A stretch of DNA of 64,000 nucleotides from Octopus vulgaris (taxonomy: Eukaryota). The notes beneath the pieces are model-generated. The model did not search any database and was not told the origin of the DNA. It was given only the letters and a program-made list of their open reading frames with translations. Where the stretch lies: positions 16,120,001-16,184,000 of the forward strand of contig OX597837.1 of NCBI GenBank assembly GCA_951406725.2, given 5' to 3'. The stretch's first letter is position 1. Each line of letters starts with the position of its first letter. Below are positions 42,461 through 57,950 of this stretch, in pieces. Position numbers and translations under genes: made by a program.

Positions 42461-43793
42461 GATCGATGTGATTGGATCTGTGTGTGTGTGAAAAAGGTGT
42501 GTGAGCGGTATCAAGTGAGAGAGCTTCGATAAAGACTTAAAAAATATTAGAAATTTCTGCTTTATAAAAACTCAGTTAATAAAAAGTGCCTCAACAACAC
42601 TCTCAATCTTTTCCTCTCTCCCTCTCTATCGTTTTCCCCCGCTACCCCCTCCACCCCGCCTCCATATCTACCTATTTATCTATCTCTCACTCTGTTATAG
42701 CTTTCTCTCTGTCAATCTAAGACGCTCTTTCTACTTCTGTTTTTGCCTATCATTTTCTATATCTTTCTCTCGCCCAATCTACATTATGATGCGGTGTCCC
42801 ATTCCTTTCACACTTTTTCACCCCCTACTCCCCCTCTCTCTTTCATTCTTTCTCTCTAATTCTCTCTTTCACCCACCAGCATCTACTGTAATAATACTCT
42901 TGTGTTTTTCTCCATCACAACATATAAATGAAAAAGGAAGTGAGGGTGGCAAACTGGTATTGGGAGCGTTTCAACTCTGTGTGAGTATGTGTGTGTGTGT
43001 GTGTGTGTGTATGTAAAAGGGAGGTATGTGAATGTGTGTGGGGCTGTGGATGTATGCGTGTGTGCAATGGAAGTGGGATGGTGAACATTCAACGCCGAAA
43101 AGAAAAATCAAACAGCGTTTCAACTCTGTGTGAGTATATGTATGTGTGTGCGTATACAAGAGAAGCATGTGAATGTTTGTGTGTATGAACCAGAGTACTT
43201 TCGGTTACAAACGACGATCGATGTTACATCTCAAAAGACAACCACCAGATAACATTGACAAGTGTATTCATTTGATTTACCATCCATATTCTATCTGTTT
43301 TAAATCCTTAAAAATGTTTTAGCCCGAAGGCCGCGGCCATGCTGGGGCACCACCGCTGTTAAAAATAATTATTACAATCACTCACACACACCTACACAGA
43401 CATATACAAACTCATTAGAGAAAATAATAATTATTGCCTGAGTGTATCAAAAATATAAAACGACTGCAGTTGAAAAGTATATTATAAATTTGGTAATAAA
43501 AGAATTGTTAAGCTAAAAACTTGGTTTTGTACCCAATTTATAAATAATATACTACAATTGGTCGTCACTTTTGACGGTACGGGGGTCAGGTGGTAGCCTT
43601 CATAATGTTCATTATAAGTATTGTGTTTTCAACGATTTTATGCGACTTTCTAATGTAACTTCGGGTGCATCTCCGACACTAATACACATGGCCAAATTTT
43701 ATATATATAAATATATGTATATGTGTGCGTGTGTTTGCGTGCGTACATGCATATATACAAATATGCATATATATATGCATATATATATATATA

Positions 43794-43835
<42 letters not shown>

Positions 43836-43880
43836 TATATATATATGCATATATATATTATATGCATATATATATATATG

Positions 43881-43931
<51 letters not shown>

Positions 43932-44234
43932 ACTCTGACTCGGAATAGTAGCACCTGTAAGGTTGTCAGCTACAGGTTAACTAACATACGAATCACTGGT
44001 AGTGAAGGACCCTACTCTTACAACTTCTCTTTAGAACTTCATTCAAGGAGAAGATGGATTCGTATAAAAATCCCGGATTGCGGTCGTTTTCTGGTCGGCT
44101 GAGCCTCTTTTGTGCCACCCGTTGATTCCACTGCAAAGTGCTTCCGGTGCTGTGCCACATTTTATCCACTCAGGTCACGCAATGGGAACGCAATGGGACC
44201 ACACACCACAAGTCCTTCTCTCCCCCACCACATG

Positions 44235-45092
44235 TATATATGAACGTAAAACGTTTTGTGCCGAAACAGACATTTATTTCCAGACAGACAAAACCAGAAA
44301 CAGAACGCGTTTCCGACGTTAACAAATATTTGATGGTTTTTGTTTATTACCTGAGTTTTCAAAAAAAAAAAAAAAAACAGAAATCCCTTAAAGTAATGTC
44401 AAGTAAGGAGGAATCATCACGAAGACATAAAAGTCTTTCAGAATATCCAAATCAGGGGATTGGAAGCACCAAACGTTTTCTTTCAGAAGGCGGGGGAAGA
44501 CTATGCAAAACACACACACACACTCACAATCACTCACACACGCACACACACATATATATATATTTATATATACATATATATTCACGTGCATATATATATA
44601 TACATATATATATACATGCATATATACATACATATATACACACATATATAAATGTATATATGTACATGTATTTACATATATATAATCAAAATAAGCAACA
44701 AGGATATCCAAAGGTAGTGTAGTATAATCGTTTCATGCGATTCCATTTTATTAAACAATGTAAGTATTACATCAGTTTTAAAATGTAGAGCAATCTTCAG
44801 CCACATATGGAATTTTTATTTTTAATGGCTGAAGATTGCTCTAAATTTTAAAACTGATGTAATACTTACATTGTTTAATAAAATGAAGTAGCATGAAACG
44901 ATTGTACTACACTACCTTGGATATCCTTGTTGCTTATTTTGATTATAATCACCCCATTTGATTTATATGGATAATACCATACCAAATTCTGGTGCCTTTA
45001 ACATAAGTACCATATTCATCTGAATCTAAATTTTTGCTGAACTTATATATATATATATATATAGTTATTTTTATGCACGTATATATAAACAC

Positions 45093-45153
<61 letters not shown>

Positions 45154-45459
45154 AAGAAAGGTAGGTAGATTATAGAACCAGTGCGTATGCATGTGTGTGT
45201 GGGAGTGCGTGGGGTGCGTGTGCGTGCGTGTGTGTGTACGTGTTGCGTGTGTGCGTGAAATAAGCTATGGGATCGGTGTCAAAGGCGAATAGCTTGTAAC
45301 ATTACCTCTAGAAATACATAAATATATTAAAAACTTCTGCTTTATGAAAACTCAGGTAATAAAAACCATCAAATATTTGTCAAAGTCAGAAATGCGTTCT
45401 TTTTTCTGGTTTTGTCTGTCTTGAAATAAATGTCTATCTCGGAATAAATCGGTTTTACG

Positions 45460-45468
<9 letters not shown>
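44235..45468. repeat. Nested inverted repeats: outer arms 44235-44360 / 45346-45468, inner arms 44681-44803 / 44826-44947
   Basis: Outer arms roughly 85% complementary by eye; inner arms nearly perfect. Confidence 0.85.
44825..44912 (+). ncRNA. Hammerhead-like motif with extended stem II (counterpart on minus, ~44718-44805)
   Basis: tgg-CTGAAGA(44829-44835)-long stem II-GAAA(44895-44898)-cgattg-TA-cta. Same family as 27722-27809, with stem III partly decayed. Confidence 0.55.
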
Positions 45469-45541
<73 letters not shown>

Positions 45542-45712
45542 GGGAGACGCGCGCGTGACGTGTGTGTGCGTACATTATGTATGTATATATGCTTCCATAT
45601 ATACATATATACATGTATGTATATGTATGTATGTATATATATATATATATATATATATACATACATATCAGTATATATATATATATATATATATACATAT
45701 ACATACATACAG

Positions 45713-45760
<48 letters not shown>

Positions 45761-45959
45761 TTATATGACGTCAACCACATATATTACATGTGCGCGCATA
45801 TATACATATATATGTATATACATACACACAGGTAGATAGATTGATAGATCTATCTTTCTATTTCTGAATTTCTGTATATCATTTTCTCTTTCTGCTTCTC
45901 TCTCTCTCTCTCTCTCCTTTTCTCTCCTTGCTCTCCCCCACCTTCTCTCTAGAATAATA

Positions 45960-46700
45960 ATTATTCGGATCTCATCATCAGTTTCATCATCATCATTATT
46001 GTCATAACTATTACAAGCTACATTATGTAGCAGTGATGCTGTCCTGAGATTTAGTGATAGCTCCCTAAAAATGTGTAGAGTCTTTCTTAGGACTCTTGCT
46101 GAATGCAGGATTGTTATTTTTCTACAGGGCAATGCGAGTCACAGACTCTTATGTAGCTGTTTGAGTATCGGGACAAGTGAAGTAGTTTACCTCAAGAATA
46201 ACTGTCGTCTTTGTCTTCCACAGTTTCTCCATCGCTCAAGCTTGGTCCTGATATTTCTCATGGTTTGTTTGGGGTTTTTTTCGATTTCTTTCGCATCTCC
46301 TCTATTATTGATGGGGTCACAAAATCTATGGTTTTACAATGCTTGTTTTACTTTGTCCACAATAATCATATTTGGTCTTCTTGCAGTTTGGACAGTCTCT
46401 ATGGGGAAATCTCATTCACTCCTATAATCCTTATTCCCTATCACAACAGCCTTTCTCTTACTCTGAGTTCATACACTCGACTAACATCTTTTTTTACCTA
46501 TACGTTTATGACTGCTTTTATACTCTTTTTCTGCTACCTTACTGCATTCACCAAGAGATGATTAATACTTTCGTTTCCTTTCCTGTAGATTCTACATTTG
46601 CTCTCTGAGTTTTGTCGATCTTTGCCTTTATCACATCCGTTCCAATAGCTTCCTTTTGAGTGGATTTAATTTGCGCTTCAGTTTCTTGTTTCAATTTTCC
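45960..46700 (-). mobile_element. R4/Dong-clade element 3' end (RLE endonuclease region)
   Basis: VAEKEYKSSH, ARRPNMIIVDKVKQ, EKYQD, EKLWKTKTTVI, KITILHSARVLRKTL, followed by a (TAA/TGA)-rich tail. Confidence 0.75.
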
Positions 46701-46743
46701 GCCCGTCAACCAGAACTAGCCTTCTTACTTCCGTATATACTTC

Positions 46744-46790
<47 letters not shown>

Positions 46791-46851
46791 ACATTTGTAT
46801 GTCATATATACACCCACCTGAGGTGCTTACAATTATCAAGTATTCACCCTA

Positions 46852-46907
<56 letters not shown>

Positions 46908-47415
46908 TCACGAATATGTCTATGTGTGTATTTATGTGTATGTGTATACTTTTATGTATGGGTACCTATGTGCTTGCCTATAAGTTTCTTTCTTCTTCAC
47001 TTGGACTGTCTGTGATGCTCCTTATCAATATCAAAATATATATTTTTGCATTATAAAAATTTTTTCTCTGACCGGCGAATTTCTAATAGGAAATTCCTTA
47101 CATGCCTACCCACCCTGCAAATCTTTGTAATTCGATTTGGCAAATGAAGCACGTGCAATGACGAATAAATGATACCAAAAAATTTCAACTTTCCTGTTTT
47201 GCTATTCAACAACTTTGTAAATAATATTTCCATAATTCTCAAGTTTAACGCGTTTCAATTTACATAGAACAATAACTGTGGATACATATTGCTTATAATA
47301 ATGGAATAAGCAGACAGGCTTCAAGAGAAAACAGCTGCGATTTACTCTAAGTACATGTATAACATATATGTGTGTGTGTGTGTGTGTATGTATGCTTGTA
47401 TGTATGTATATATAC

Positions 47416-47446
<31 letters not shown>

Positions 47447-47588
47447 ACTCGATATACGAGTATACATATGTTTGTGTGTGTATACACAGACACAGACAGA
47501 CATATAGACACACACAAACATATGTATACTCATATATCGAGTTCTATTTACCTCGCTTGGTTGACCAAAACACACCCACACATACACT

Positions 47589-47634
<46 letters not shown>

Positions 47635-47637
<3 letters not shown>

Positions 47638-47759
47638 TATTTAAAAGCAGCAGAAATATAACAATATATTTCTACTGCTTTTAAATAAAGCATATTACTC
47701 TACCTCTGGTATTTGAGTACTCTTTTTTCAGCCTTGTTTCACATTTATGTGCTTGCTTC

Positions 47760-47762
<3 letters not shown>
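47635..47762. mobile_element. Second copy of the 8139-8367 repeat, with only a short hairpin left
   Basis: ctgcttttaaataaagcatattactctacctctggtatttgagtactc...acatttatgtg is the reverse complement of 8139-8230. Confidence 0.7.
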
Positions 47763-47800
<38 letters not shown>

Positions 47801-48165
47801 ACAAATCAGATGAATTGGTTCTCTTGATTCCGTCCTTGGGCAGGTTTTGAGTTTCGGTCAGCATAGTGTCCAAACATCAATCCTTTCGCCAAGCAGTATT
47901 ATTAGGGTCAGTTAAGTCGCCTACGGCACAAACATGGCCGAGTTGCACGAGGTTACATGATGACCAGTAACATGTCTGGTCATCCGATCGCAGATTTGAT
48001 CTCCTTGTGAGTAGATTTGGTTGACAGAAACTGTGTGCAACACTATTGGACACACACTCACACACACACACATCTTATATATATTTATATATAATGTAAA
48101 TAATAAATATATATAAATATATACATACATACATACATGCATACATACATACATACATACATACA

Positions 48166-48218
<53 letters not shown>

Positions 48219-48347
48219 TGTAATTACAACTTTCACCGATGGTTCTGATCTTGAAATTTAAAGTACTTGGAAGATGAATGGCATAATATCCTGGACAACT
48301 GATAAGCATGACGACGACGACGATGATGATGGTGATGATGATGGCGT

Positions 48348-48414
<67 letters not shown>

Positions 48415-48825
48415 AGTGGTGGCGGTGATGATGATGTCTTCTTTAGGTCTAGTGAACATATGACCAATATTTTATTTTGGGAGAAAGTTACAAATTTGAA
48501 ACACGCCGGGAATACACGATGGAGGTGCATAACCTAGTAGATAGAACGATGCACTCATGATCACTAGACCGAGGTTTCGATTACCGGACTGGGGTCTGCC
48601 TTGTGTTCTTGAGCGAAACACTTCCTTTCACGTAATTCCAGTCAACTCATTTGTAAAGAAACGAATAACACTGCAACAGACTGGGGTTCCGTTCAGGTGA
48701 GGAGATTATAACAACAGGTGATCTAAACGATTAAGTACGCTAGGTAAGTGCTCTAACGGATTACTGAGGCTCCAAGGTTATAGCCTGGACGATAGTTATG
48801 GAGCCATTGCAGATTTCTGATGCAG

Positions 48826-48968
48826 CGGATATATAACTGTTAAAGAAGATAACAAACATTAAGGGAATATTATTATTGGGAAAAATCTTTTCCAATAATA
48901 ATAGTATATACGACTTGAGATGTTTGCCCTGCCTTAATCTTTGTTGTCCTCTTTAACAATTATATGTA
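48826..48968. repeat. Imperfect nested inverted repeat
   Basis: atatataactgttaaagaagataacaaacattaagg vs ccttaatctttgttgtcctctttaacaattatatgt; inner tattattattgg / ccaataataata. Confidence 0.65.
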
Positions 48969-48982
48969 TGTATATATATATA

Positions 48983-49170
48983 GCGATTTTTTTCCTCTAT
49001 CTTCCCTTCTCTGGATCTTTCCTTCTCCTATGTTTCCAACAAAGAGCTCCGCTCGAAACGTTAAATCCTCTCCTTCTTGCTTTCCTTTCCTGAGCGTCCA
49101 ATGATACTACATTTGTTCCACGTCCTGCGTTGTTGTGTTTTTTTGTGCTTTCTTGTTTGGAATAACTATA
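48983..49170 (+). mobile_element. Copy of the 18960-19148 repeat with a mutated hammerhead core
   Basis: CCAACAA replaces CTGACGA; the rest is colinear. Confidence 0.75.
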
Positions 49171-49179
49171 TATAAATAT

Positions 49180-49215
<36 letters not shown>

Positions 49216-49889
49216 GAACGCGAAGGAGAGAAAAGAGAGAGAGAGAGTGGTGTAAACAGAAGGACTTCTAGCTTGTGAATATACTGTTGTATATGTATGT
49301 ATGTATATACTGTTGCTTCAATACCAGTGAGATATTGCATGACTGAGAATACTCAACGAATCAACAGGTAGCTGGGGCAATGGCTATCCTGATGTGATTT
49401 AAACAAACGGTAAGAATGAAACTTAATGGAAAGATTTTTTATATTTGTCTGTGTTTACATAAAAGTATTCTTACAAACTATATAAATATAAAAAGAAATA
49501 CGAGTGTGTGTGTGAGTGTTTATCAGGAAAGAGAAAGAGAAAAGACAAGTTAAGAGAGAGAGAGAGGGAGAGAGACTGGCAAAAGAAGAAGAGAGAGAGA
49601 GAGAAATGCATTCTTTGTTGTATATGTAAAAATCTTCATTTAAACGCATTGAGGACTTTTTCATAACAATAACAATAGATTCTGATTTCGGAAGAGAGTC
49701 AGTAAATTTGAGGGGAGGGGTAAGTCAGTAGCATCGACCCCAACACTTTACTTGTAATTTGTTTTATCGATCCCAGAAAGGGCTGAAAGGCGAAACAGGC
49801 CTTGGGTGAATTTGAACTGATAATGTAAGCATCTGGAATGAATAATGCGAGCCATTTTAACAGACGTTGCATATGATATGATATGATAT

Positions 49890-50001
<112 letters not shown>

Positions 50002-50064
50002 TACATACATATATATATATAAATATATATATGTATATATATGTATATATATGTATGTATGTAT

Positions 50065-50114
<50 letters not shown>

Positions 50115-50117
50115 ATG

Positions 50118-50164
<47 letters not shown>

Positions 50165-50209
50165 ATATATATGTATGTTTTTGTGTTTTTTATATACATA
50201 CACATATAC

Positions 50210-50282
<73 letters not shown>

Positions 50283-50369
50283 CATGCAGACACGTATGCA
50301 TGCATATATACATGAATGCACACTCAGACATATACGTGCATGTGGGTACATATATATAGAGTGTGAAAG

Positions 50370-50462
<93 letters not shown>

Positions 50463-50637
50463 TTGCTACAGAAGGTTGCAGATTTAAAGTGGGTAAGGGT
50501 TTTGTCGATCTTTCACAGGTACACACACACACACATGCACACACACATATATATGCACACACACACATCTGTACATTCACACACATACACACATATTAGC
50601 CATATCTACAAATATATATATATATCTGTGTGTGTGT

Positions 50638-50693
<56 letters not shown>

Positions 50694-50798
50694 ATATGAA
50701 TATATATCTTACTGTTTAGCGGGAGCAACAGAGTGACTCAAGGTCTGAAATTAATAAAAATATTCACTCACATTCTGAGTTCTATTTTTCCTGTTTTC

Positions 50799-50831
<33 letters not shown>

Positions 50832-51114
50832 TGTATGCGTGTGCATGTACATATATGTATCTGTATACGTGCGTATGTATGCGTACATGCGTATATGTGT
50901 AAAGTATCACATAAGTATTACACACATATATATATATATATGTATGTATGTATATGTGTATATATATATGTATGTATGTATGTATATATATATGTATATA
51001 TATGTAAATATATATATATATATATATATACATATATGTGTATATATATGTGTGTGTATGTGTGTATATATATACTTGTATATGTATATATATTTATATA
51101 TATATATACATATA

Positions 51115-51169
<55 letters not shown>

Positions 51170-51411
51170 GCATATATATATGTATATGTTTATATATATG
51201 TATGTATATATATGTATATGTATATGTATATATATGTATATAAATGTATATGTACATGTATGTATATATAAATATATATGTATGTATGTATGTATATCTG
51301 TGTCTGTATATATATACATGTATACATATATGTGTGTATATATGTGTCTCTATATGTGTGTGAAATAAGCGTAGAAAATATTCATGTATACAAATTAGTT
51401 CATATATAGGT

Positions 51412-51460
<49 letters not shown>

Positions 51461-51613
51461 CGCACACACACACACATACACACATATAGAATGGTTGTGC
51501 CTCTGCATAATTTTTGGAACACATATATGTGTGTATTTGTGTGTATGTGCGTGCGTGTGTGTGTGTATACATATATATACACAAAAAATGTGAATGTAGA
51601 AAATACTATTTAC

Positions 51614-52247
51614 CTGGAATGGTATGTTGCGGGTGGATGCACAAATCATGGTCCAGTGGAAATTGATCACAGCCGAGTATTTTCGGCCAAGGGTATCCCC
51701 ATTGGAGCATAATAGACTCACAGCTCTGTTTGACGGCCGTACATAAGGAGTTACAGGGGTTTATCACCTGTTCTAAACAAATCGGGGTGAACAGAGAACA
51801 GAGGAAGAGTTTGGTGTCCGGGTGGCATTTTCTGCCGATCAAGGATATCCATATTGCCGATTGTTGGCCCACCTCGGGTATATTGTCGTGAGCAAAAAAG
51901 TTGGGCAATCTCATTTGTTTATAGCCGACGTTCTGGCACAGGGTTAAATTCGACGGAATGTCCACACATCGATGCCTTTGCATACGGAGTCCGGCCCAGT
52001 CTTCCGTCATGGACGTATCCAGGCTGTAAGGTTTTATCATTTCTTTGCCGCCAAGACCACCGACGCCGCCGCCGCCTCCAGCAGCATCTTCGCTACTCTC
52101 GCCAGCGTCGACGGCGACGATCACCTTATTTATGCTCAAGAGAAGAAGGACCACTAGAAGAAGGGCTTCTCGTATAGACAGGCAAGATGTGTGCTGTTGT
52201 CGCCGTACCAGCAACAAGTGTGTCCCCGTCATTGCGATCTTAACCAT
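51614..52247 (-). CDS. SFRP1/2/5: First coding exon (B) of an SFRP1/2/5-like protein: signal peptide + Frizzled CRD
   Basis: First ATG at 52247 (MVKIAMTG; alternative ATG at 52232; the listed start at 52319 is a GTG). Hydrophobic ALLLVVLLLLSINKVIVAVDA. CRD with 10 Cys (CVDIP..CQNVGYKQMRLPN..CHPDTKLFLCSLFTPICLE..GYPWPKILGCDQFPLDHDLCI). Ends at CAG|GTAAAT donor (GT = 51613-51612), 634 nt, phase 1. Confidence 0.93.
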
Positions 52248-53100
52248 TGCACTGCGAGTCGTCCTTAGCTGGGAACTCGGCCTGGCAACTCGGATGAACG
52301 CATTTAGACAACCTTGCACATACTAACACGGTCAGACAACCGACTGGCAACAGCCTTCCTGCACGGAGCAAGCGGCTGGCAAGGGCTCACTCTCTCTCTC
52401 ACTCTCCCTTCTCTCTCTCTCTCTCTACACACACACATACTTATCACACTCTTCCTCTCTCTCTCTCTCTCCTCATCTTCCACCACTCTCTCATACGGCT
52501 ACGTTTTCTCTAACTCCTTCTCTTCCTCCTCTTTACCCTTTCATTCTTTCTCTCCCCCACCCTTCTTGTCTCCCCTTCTCTCTCTATCTTCTCATTCAAA
52601 CCTTTCCTCCCTATCACTCTCTCTCTCTCTCTCCTTTTACTTACACGTCATTTCCCTCTCTCTCTTTCCCTCTTTCTTTCCCCTCTATTTCTCACCTTTC
52701 CCTTTCTCTCCCCCTCCTCTTCCCGTCACCCTCTCTCCTTTATTCTCCCCAACACTTTCTTTTCTCTTTTGCATTTTCTTTTTGCTCCTTCTCTCCTTTT
52801 CTCACCCTCACCCTCTCTCTCAATATCTTATTCTTTCACCCCTCCCACGGTCCCTCTCTTACATATCTACCTATCTAGCTCTACCCTCCCGCTCCTTCTT
52901 TTTCACCTCCATTTCTTATACTCCTCCCACCCCTCACTCTCCTTCTCTCCATTACCCTCCTTCCCACCCGTACTTCCACTTTCAATCTATACACCACCCC
53001 CACTCTCCCTCTCTCTCCTTTTCTAACTTCGCTCTCTCTCTCTCTCTCCCTCTCTCCTCTTGTGTCAACACACTTGTTGCTCTAACTTTCCCACCACACA
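52248..53100 (-). promoter_or_regulatory. Probable 5'UTR/proximal promoter of SFRP exon B (GA-rich on the sense strand)
   Basis: About 700 bp CT-rich (plus strand) tract upstream of the ATG, mirroring exon A. Confidence 0.4.
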
Positions 53101-53206
53101 CACACACACACACACACATGAACATATTCTCGCACGCAAAATACAGACATTTTTCACTCTATATACCGTGTATGTGCATTTATATACGTATGTACGTGTG
53201 TGTGTG

Positions 53207-53297
<91 letters not shown>

Positions 53298-53483
53298 ATA
53301 CATATATGTGTGTGTGTGCGTATAATACATAATATATAATTACAAACTTGTTACCAGTTCAAAAAGAAGAAAATATATATACATATATAAAATTATATAT
53401 ACATACACACTCATAAATGTATATATATTTCTAAATATTTGAGTGCGTGTCTGTGTGTGAGAGAGACAGAGAGAGTATATATT

Positions 53484-53540
<57 letters not shown>

Positions 53541-54200
53541 CTATATATATATATGCATGTATATGTACACATACATACACACACATATAAATAAACAACA
53601 CACAAACAAACATACATAGGTTACAAATGGTTTCTATTTTATTACTTGAATTCTTCCAGCTAAAAAGAAGTTCGTTTCTTATTAAAATAAACGAATGACT
53701 AAATAAACACAAAGAAACAACAACAACCACAACAACAACAAAGAACCATTATCAAATTTTAAATATGAACAACGCCAGAAATTCTTCAAACTTTTAAACA
53801 AACGTGTTGATAATTGGAAAAGTGACGCAGAACTTCACTGTTCCGCTGATTTGTGTTTGGAAAGTGCGTCATCGACGGCAAATATCAACTCTGCACATTC
53901 ACAAACACTTTTCTTTATCTTTTCTCTGTTATACGTTTCAGTACTTGGACTCCGGCCATGCTGGAGCGCCGCCTTGAAGGATCTAATCGAACAAATGTAC
54001 CACAGGGCTTAATTACGGTTGTAAAGCCCGATGCTTATTTTAACCGGACTATTTATATATTTTTTCTTGCCAAACCTACATGTTACGGGGACGTAAACTA
54101 ACCAGCGCCGTTTGTCAGGCGATGGTGGGGGACATGCACAGATACAAAGACAAACACACATACATATGTATTTATGTATGTATGTATGTATGTATATATG

Positions 54201-54246
<46 letters not shown>

Positions 54247-54293
54247 TATCTATATGTATGTATATATGTATAGATATATATGTGTATATTCAT

Positions 54294-54326
<33 letters not shown>

Positions 54327-54356
54327 AATTTATCTATCTATCTATGTATCTATCTA

Positions 54357-54417
<61 letters not shown>

Positions 54418-55020
54418 GTACATATGTATATATATATATATATATGCGTGTATATAAATGCGTGTATATAGTTGTGCGCTTACATTTGAATATATAGATA
54501 TATACACATGCAAACACACAGGTGCACACATACACATATTTTTTTAAAAATCTAATCAATCCGGCGACTACCGAATGATATGCAAATTAGTATATCCATT
54601 GTAGCTAAGTACTGGTTTGTGTCTGATTTAGATAACTATGAATGTTCTGCATCCAAAGAAAGGTGTAAGGTGTTTGTTCACTGAATGGTGGTCGAGACAT
54701 ATCGAATATATACATGCATATCTGTGCATATATATATATATATATACACTCACACACATATTCTTTACTACGTTTCAACGTTAAGGCAGTTGTGGCCTTG
54801 CTGGAGCATCGCCAGTGTTATCACTTTTCATTGGACGCGCTTATGTGAATGGCTTTTTGTGAAAGCGGGGAGTTCGAAACTATGATATATTAAAATATGT
54901 ATATATTTTGATATCTAGCCATAAATATACACGTATTTGGGTACATATGTATGATTGTATTTCAATATACATATATATGTGTGTGTGTATTTCAATATGT
55001 GGATATGTATGTATCTCAAT

Positions 55021-55082
<62 letters not shown>

Positions 55083-55417
55083 TTATTATATTGGAGTGTG
55101 TGTAAATATATGTACATATCTGTGTTCGCATCTATATACGTATACCTGAGTAGAATTCAACACACTTATATTTTATCAAATATACGCATATGTGTCTGTG
55201 TACTTATGTGTGTGTATATATGTATATATAATTTGTATATGTGTGTGTCTGTCTATATATAAAAGTCAAACCACATATGTATATCTGTCACTGACTGAGT
55301 ACCTAAACGTATGTATATATCTTGATATGTAATCTTATATGTATGTTTATCAGTGTAATGAGATATACTGCGTGTACATATATATGTATATATATACACA
55401 CACACATATACGCATAG

Positions 55418-55490
<73 letters not shown>

Positions 55491-55903
55491 CACATATACA
55501 TAAGGGCATGGAGATATGTGTATATGTGAATGTATATATATTCAGAAAAACTGCCCTGTCTGTGTATATATTTCTGTATATCTAGCGCGAAATCTTTGTT
55601 TATATTAATGTATCCAAATAGACGAGTGTATATAGACGTACAAATATATAAACTTGCTTCTTGTCGCAAGATACATGTGTATATATGTGTATAAAACTGT
55701 CTACATTTTTTATGAGTGCGTTGAAAGGAAATAGATTCACATTTGTGAGAAAGTATGAAAGTTTAGGTCTGTGGATGTGTGCATGTGTCTCTATAAATAG
55801 ATAGGGACGTACATGTGTGTGTGTGTGTTTATATATATATATATGTATATATGTATGTGTGTATATATATATATATATATGTGTGTGTGTATATATATAT
55901 ATA

Positions 55904-56023
<120 letters not shown>

Positions 56024-56117
56024 CGCACAAGTCAGGGTCTGGTTTTTTAATGAATGCATGTGTACTTTGAGTATTTCACACACACACACATGCATGCACA
56101 CGCACACACACGCACGC

Positions 56118-56182
<65 letters not shown>

Positions 56183-56485
56183 TGCACACTCAGGCACACA
56201 ACTTGTCTGTAGAAATGTATGTAGTTATATCCATGTGTTCACATAGATACGCGTACGTGTCTGCGTGTGTGTGTGAGTATACATAAATTCTTACATATAA
56301 TATAATATATATTGCACATGAAACATTGGTGAAATAATTATGAATGCCTAAAACCTTGCCACAGAGGGCAGCACATGGACAAACAACCGATAATCTATCG
56401 GAGCAACAGTTTGGATGAAGTTTTTCGTATTTCTTACTCTTCTAACCAATTCATTTCTTGTTTTACTTTACGTAATCAATCTTTA

Positions 56486-56533
<48 letters not shown>

Positions 56534-56663
56534 CAGACAGACAGACAGATAGATAGATATGATAAATTTATGTAATCTATTCATTATATTACTAGATATA
56601 TGTGACTGTATGTACATACATACATGCATACATACATATATTTATGTATATATATATATACAT

Positions 56664-56695
<32 letters not shown>

Positions 56696-56851
56696 GTATA
56701 TATAATATTATATTATAATATATATATATGTTTATATATATAATATATAATATATATATGTATATATATATAATATGTATGTATATATATATGTGTATGT
56801 ATATATATATATACATATATATATATATGTATGTATATATATATATGTATG

Positions 56852-56911
<60 letters not shown>

Positions 56912-57114
56912 CATTCATACACACATGCGCTCACGTTTTATCCATAAACCTACCCCCGAAATGATGTTTCCCCGATATAGTGTTTTGTCCTGCTGATCGC
57001 AGACGAAGCGCGAAACCCATTTCAATGGACTCACCTTTATAAATAAAACGTATCCACATTATTCTATGTTGCCTAACGGCCAGTCTTTGTTCATATCAAC
57101 TGTTTACCGCCAGG

Positions 57115-57220
<106 letters not shown>

Positions 57221-57599
57221 CAACTAAAACTGCACAAATGCTTAAAACACAACAAAATTAAAATACGATTATCTTATATATATTTCGATTCTAAAGTCAT
57301 TACTCAATCATCTGTGTGTGTGTGTGTATGTGTCTGTGTGTACATCTATGGGCATATGCCTCTACATGTATGTGTGTGTGTGTGTGTGTGTGTGTATATG
57401 CGTGTATGCATGTGTGTCCCCTTAACCCCTATGCTAAACGCACCCTCACTATACAGACTCGTCTATCTCCCCTCATATATCTCTCATAACAACCATGATA
57501 TACTCTTCCAAGTCTTTTCAACTTAAACCTGATTCACTTTTTATTCAAAGACGGAACTGGTAACTTTTATTGTCCTTCGCCAGTGACTCTCGCAGAAAC

Positions 57600-57950
57600 C
57601 CCTGAAACTGCTGACCATTATCTTCTTACCCAGGATTCTATTAACTCTTCAATAATGCAAATCCCAAACACATTTATCTTTCCTTCGTTTCTCCAAGAAC
57701 TGGTAACTGATAATATCTTCGGTTAAGCATATCCTGCATCTCTATATCTTCTTCTCCTTTCCTTTGTCTTTTCCTTTTTCTCTCTCCAATGGCGGAGTAT
57801 TCAGCTTGCGAGGAAGTTCTTTCTCGATAACATATGATCCACATGTTCGTCTATTCTAGAAACAGCTGTAAGGCACCCTACCTAGTTTATATATAACTAC
57901 TTTGCACGATGTTTCTATTATAAATTCTAAATTGAATGTTCCTGAATGAT
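57600..57950 (-). mobile_element. Possible degraded RTE LINE 3' end
   Basis: Loose similarity to GHVMRKE..EGKR.RGR..; many disruptions. Confidence 0.3.

Noticed and set aside
39800-46700. R4/Dong RT and RLE fragments as one interrupted element
   Set aside because: On the minus strand the RLE piece precedes the RT piece, the wrong order for a single copy.
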